DNA of 62,422 bases, taken from NCBI GenBank assembly GCA_041645555.1, contig JBAZPX010000005.1, positions 1 through 62,422 of the forward strand. Direction: 5' to 3'. The position numbers were made by a program, and so were the translations under genes. Position 1 is the stretch's first letter. Each line of letters begins with the position of its first letter. This document shows, in pieces, positions 60,021 to 62,422 of the stretch. The stretch comes from Patescibacteria group bacterium. Lineage in GTDB: Bacteria > Patescibacteriota > Patescibacteriia > Patescibacteriales > JAQTRU01. The notes beneath the pieces are model-generated. The model made no database searches. It was not told the DNA's origin and worked only from the letters and a program-made list of their open reading frames with translations.

Positions 60021-60521
60021 ATGAGAGTGCCAATAAGAAAACCTGGAAAATATACGAATTTAAAAACCGATTTTCATATTACGCGGGAAAAATTTGCTGA
60101 ACTTAAAGATAAGCTGGAAAAGTTAAGAAAGATAAGTCGGCCTCGGGCTGCGGCTTTAGTAAAAGACCTTTCCACCACTGGCGATTTTTCGGAAAATGCC
60201 GGCTATCAAATGGCTAAAGGGAGACTGCGCGGGATAAACCAGCGCATTTTGGATATGGAAGAAATGATAAAAAATGCCGTAATTATTGAGTCTGGGAAAA
60301 GTTCCGGCATTGTCCGGCTGGGGAGCACAGTAACAGTGGAAATGTTGGGGAGGCAGAAAAAATATAAAATTCTCGGGTCTTCTGAAACCGACCCGGAGAG
60401 GGGAGTAATTTCGCATAATTCGGCCGTGGGCCGTGGCCTACTTGGCCAACGGGTTGGCGATACCGTGAAAATTCAATTAGGCGACAAGGAAGTTATTTAT
60501 AAAATCATAAAAATAGAATGA
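60021..60521 (+). CDS. greA: Transcription elongation factor GreA
   Basis: Coiled-coil N-terminal half with GDFSENAGYQMAK (the GreA D-x-x-E-N-A-x-Y motif) and a C-terminal globular half (LGSTV...SP.G..LLG...GD). Confidence 0.9.
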   Translation: MRVPIRKPGKYTNLKTDFHITREKFAELKDKLEKLRKISRPRAAALVKDLSTTGDFSENAGYQMAKGRLRGINQRILDMEEMIKNAVIIESGKSSGIVRLGSTVTVEMLGRQKKYKILGSSETDPERGVISHNSAVGRGLLGQRVGDTVKIQLGDKEVIYKIIKIE

Positions 60522-60904
60522 GGTGGTTTAAAAACAAAATATTGGCCGTCGCCGTTCTTTTTTCTCTTTTATCCGCCATTGCCGGATATTGGGTTTTTGA
60601 AGTGGACTGGTATTTTTTGCCTTGGCCGCTAACAGCCGGATTATTTATGGTTTTGGCGCAAGACGGAAAAAGGAGTTTAGACTTTATTAAAAAATTATTG
60701 GTTGGCTCGCTAATTTACGGGGGATTATCCTGGTTTCTGATATTACTCCGCCTGTGGCTGGGCGGGGCGCCTTTCTGGAAGTTTTCCAGGCCATGGGAGT
60801 TTCTGGTCTTCGCCCTGATTTTTGTTTTTGTCTCTTTTCTCGGCGGGCTGGCCGGCATTGTTATAAAAGGATTTTATTTTCTTTTAAAAAAGCAAGACGG
60901 ATAG
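60518..60904 (+). CDS. Hypothetical membrane protein (4 TM)
   Basis: Hydrophobic ORF whose ATGA start overlaps the greA stop. Confidence 0.5.
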   Translation: MRWFKNKILAVAVLFSLLSAIAGYWVFEVDWYFLPWPLTAGLFMVLAQDGKRSLDFIKKLLVGSLIYGGLSWFLILLRLWLGGAPFWKFSRPWEFLVFALIFVFVSFLGGLAGIVIKGFYFLLKKQDG

Positions 60905-60929
60905 GCAATAAATATAACGCGGAAGACTT

Positions 60930-61532
60930 ATGAATTTTTATAATACCATAGCTATTGAAATATTCGGATATTTATCGGGATTGGCGATTCTTATATCCTT
61001 TTTGCCGTATATCAGAGATATTTTTTCCGGGAAGACGAAACCGGAACGGATTTCCTGGTTAATCTGGGCCGGGCTTGGCTTAATTTCCCTTTTTTCTCAA
61101 TTTGCTAAAGGAGCGTCTTATTCTTTAATTATGACCGGCGCTCAGGCGGTTGGCGATTTATTTATTTTCCTGCTGGCGATTAAATACGGTCTGGGCGGAT
61201 TTTTAAAAAGAGATATTGCGGCTTTAATCGGCGCTGGCCTTGGTTTATTTTTGTGGTACATAACCAAAGAAGCCGCGGTGGCCTTATTTATAGTTATTTT
61301 TGTTGACGCTATCGGCGTAGTTTTGACTGTTATTAAGTCCTACGAAAAGCCGAAGACAGAAACAATCAGCGCCTGGGTTTTTACTTTTATCGGAGGTTTT
61401 CTGGGGTGCCTGGCCGTAGGAGGCTTTAATTTTATTTTGTTAGTTTTTCCTTTTTATATTTGTTTAGCCAGTCTATCTATCCTTTTGGCCATAAAATTAG
61501 GATTAAAACATAATAAGAGCGCCAGTTCGTGA
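60930..61532 (+). CDS. Hypothetical polytopic membrane protein (~6 TM)
   Basis: Hydrophobic throughout, with no diagnostic motif recognised. Confidence 0.5.
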   Translation: MNFYNTIAIEIFGYLSGLAILISFLPYIRDIFSGKTKPERISWLIWAGLGLISLFSQFAKGASYSLIMTGAQAVGDLFIFLLAIKYGLGGFLKRDIAALIGAGLGLFLWYITKEAAVALFIVIFVDAIGVVLTVIKSYEKPKTETISAWVFTFIGGFLGCLAVGGFNFILLVFPFYICLASLSILLAIKLGLKHNKSASS

Positions 61533-61670
61533 AATTTATAATATTTGTCCAACCGATTTCTAAAAAGAAACCCCCAGCGTTCAAGCTAGGGGTTTTATTA
61601 AAATAGGATTTTTGGTGGAGTTATTTTTATATATATTTTATTTAATTTTAGCCAAAAATTCTTAAAATTA

Positions 61671-61699
61671 TTGACATTTTAATAATTATGTGCTATACT
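61671..61699 (+). promoter_or_regulatory. Consensus-grade sigma70-like promoter with extended -10
   Basis: TTGACA (61671-61676), 17-nt spacer ending TGC, TATACT (61694-61699). Confidence 0.65.
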
Positions 61700-61771
61700 A
61701 TAAATATTAACGGTACAGGAGCAATTGTACCAAAATGTTTATTCAAAAAACAAAAAACAGGAGAACTCGTC

Positions 61772-61984
61772 ATGAACGAGAAATTCCTCGTCAGAATCCT
61801 TATCGCCGGCCCGGCGATACTGGAAAACATGGCAACCCATGTCGGTTTCGCCAAAATGGGCGTTGTTTATTCTCACTTCCAGACCTTGATGGATTTGTCG
61901 CGTCAGGTTTGGAGCAAGCAGGACGGCGAATGGATCAACATTCGCTTAACTGCTGAGGAATTGAGAGGAATTAATCTCGCCTAG
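61772..61984 (+). CDS. Small hypothetical protein (70 aa)
   Basis: ATG 61772 is preceded by the SD CAGGAGA. The track start 61688 lies inside the promoter, so it is unlikely. The gene is GC-richer than its flanks. Confidence 0.45.
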   Translation: MNEKFLVRILIAGPAILENMATHVGFAKMGVVYSHFQTLMDLSRQVWSKQDGEWINIRLTAEELRGINLA

Positions 61985-62215
61985 AAAGGGACGATATACA
62001 TCCAGAAAATGGATTTGTATATTCCCTATTGGGCGATCAGCGTGATTGAAATTTCGAGCAGCAGTTCGAAAATTCATCCGAGCGGTCGGCATTGGGCAGT
62101 TTGGTCAAAGTTTCCTGCTTGGGGAAATTGTGACTACCTGAAATGAATTCTACTCCTCGTCATTTGTAAAATGTATCTCTACCTGCTAATAAGCGGGTCG
62201 AGATCAAAGAAAAAG

Positions 62216-62250
62216 AAAAGAGGTTATCTGCGGATGCCTCTTTTTTCTTT
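62216..62250 (+). terminator. Intrinsic terminator ~230 nt downstream of the small ORF
   Basis: AAGAGG (62218-62223) / CCTCTT (62237-62242), then TTTTCTTT. Confidence 0.6.
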
Positions 62251-62357
62251 GCTTTGATTTTTAGGATAAAAAATGTGAAAATTAGAGAGGATAGTATTAT
62301 TGGCGGCCAAAGTTCTCTCGTGCTATAATAAAAGTATAATTATTAACATAGAACCTT

Positions 62358-62422
62358 ATGAAAAAATCTTTATTTTTCTTCGGGATTGTTATAGCCGCTC
62401 TGCTTCTGGTTGGCGCGGGCTG
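62358..62422 (+). CDS. Start of a secreted/membrane protein (3'-partial at window end)
   Basis: ATG 62358, then MKKSLFFFGIVIAALLLVGAG... (signal-peptide-like). It is open to the end of the window. Confidence 0.5.
   Translation, partial: MKKSLFFFGIVIAALLLVGAG

Overview
This is a 62.4-kb AT-rich bacterial window with a few clearly GC-richer islands. Gene content and style suggest a Patescibacteria/CPR-type genome, which is an inference from the sequence only. Housekeeping content: mutM, rpmG, tRNA-Trp, mgtA, rlmN, HU, dnaG-rpoD, tRNA-Asn and greA. Envelope content: a 5'-partial giant beta-helix/FN3/IPT surface protein and a second 1305-aa surface protein. The second is followed by two Wzy_C (O-antigen-ligase-like)-TPR membrane proteins and small TPR proteins. 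A large sugar-nucleotide/glycosyltransferase locus holds three SDR epimerases, a UDP-sugar-dehydrogenase-like gene, a NUDIX gene and four GT4 genes. Other content: an ECF sigma/anti-sigma pair, and three paralogous methyltransferase-like genes around a GC-rich PLP enzyme and a PEP-utilizer swivel-domain protein. No CRISPR array, transposase, integrase or rRNA was seen. The most interesting unexplained signals are: (1) A ~105-160-nt cassette with perfect 13-nt inverted arms (CCCCGTTAGAAAT/ATTTCTAACGGGG). It carries a conserved mini-ORF and supplies the ATG and the same ~11 N-terminal codons to three unrelated genes (AI-2E transporter, mgtA, an epimerase). (2) Two 100-nt tandem copies of the 5' part of tRNA-Asn, each split by a GC-rich insert, directly upstream of the intact tRNA. 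(3) A GC-rich operon of three small paralogous proteins of unknown family embedded in the glycosylation locus. (4) Pervasive heptanucleotide tandem arrays: three lie inside glycosyltransferase ORFs, and two inverted arrays bracket an amber-interrupted 23S-IVS-type four-helix-bundle gene. (5) Several GC-rich structured intergenic elements, and a triple AGTCTA-N8-TAGACT operator set next to a lone HTH gene. All functional calls rest on motif recognition by eye, because no searches could be run.
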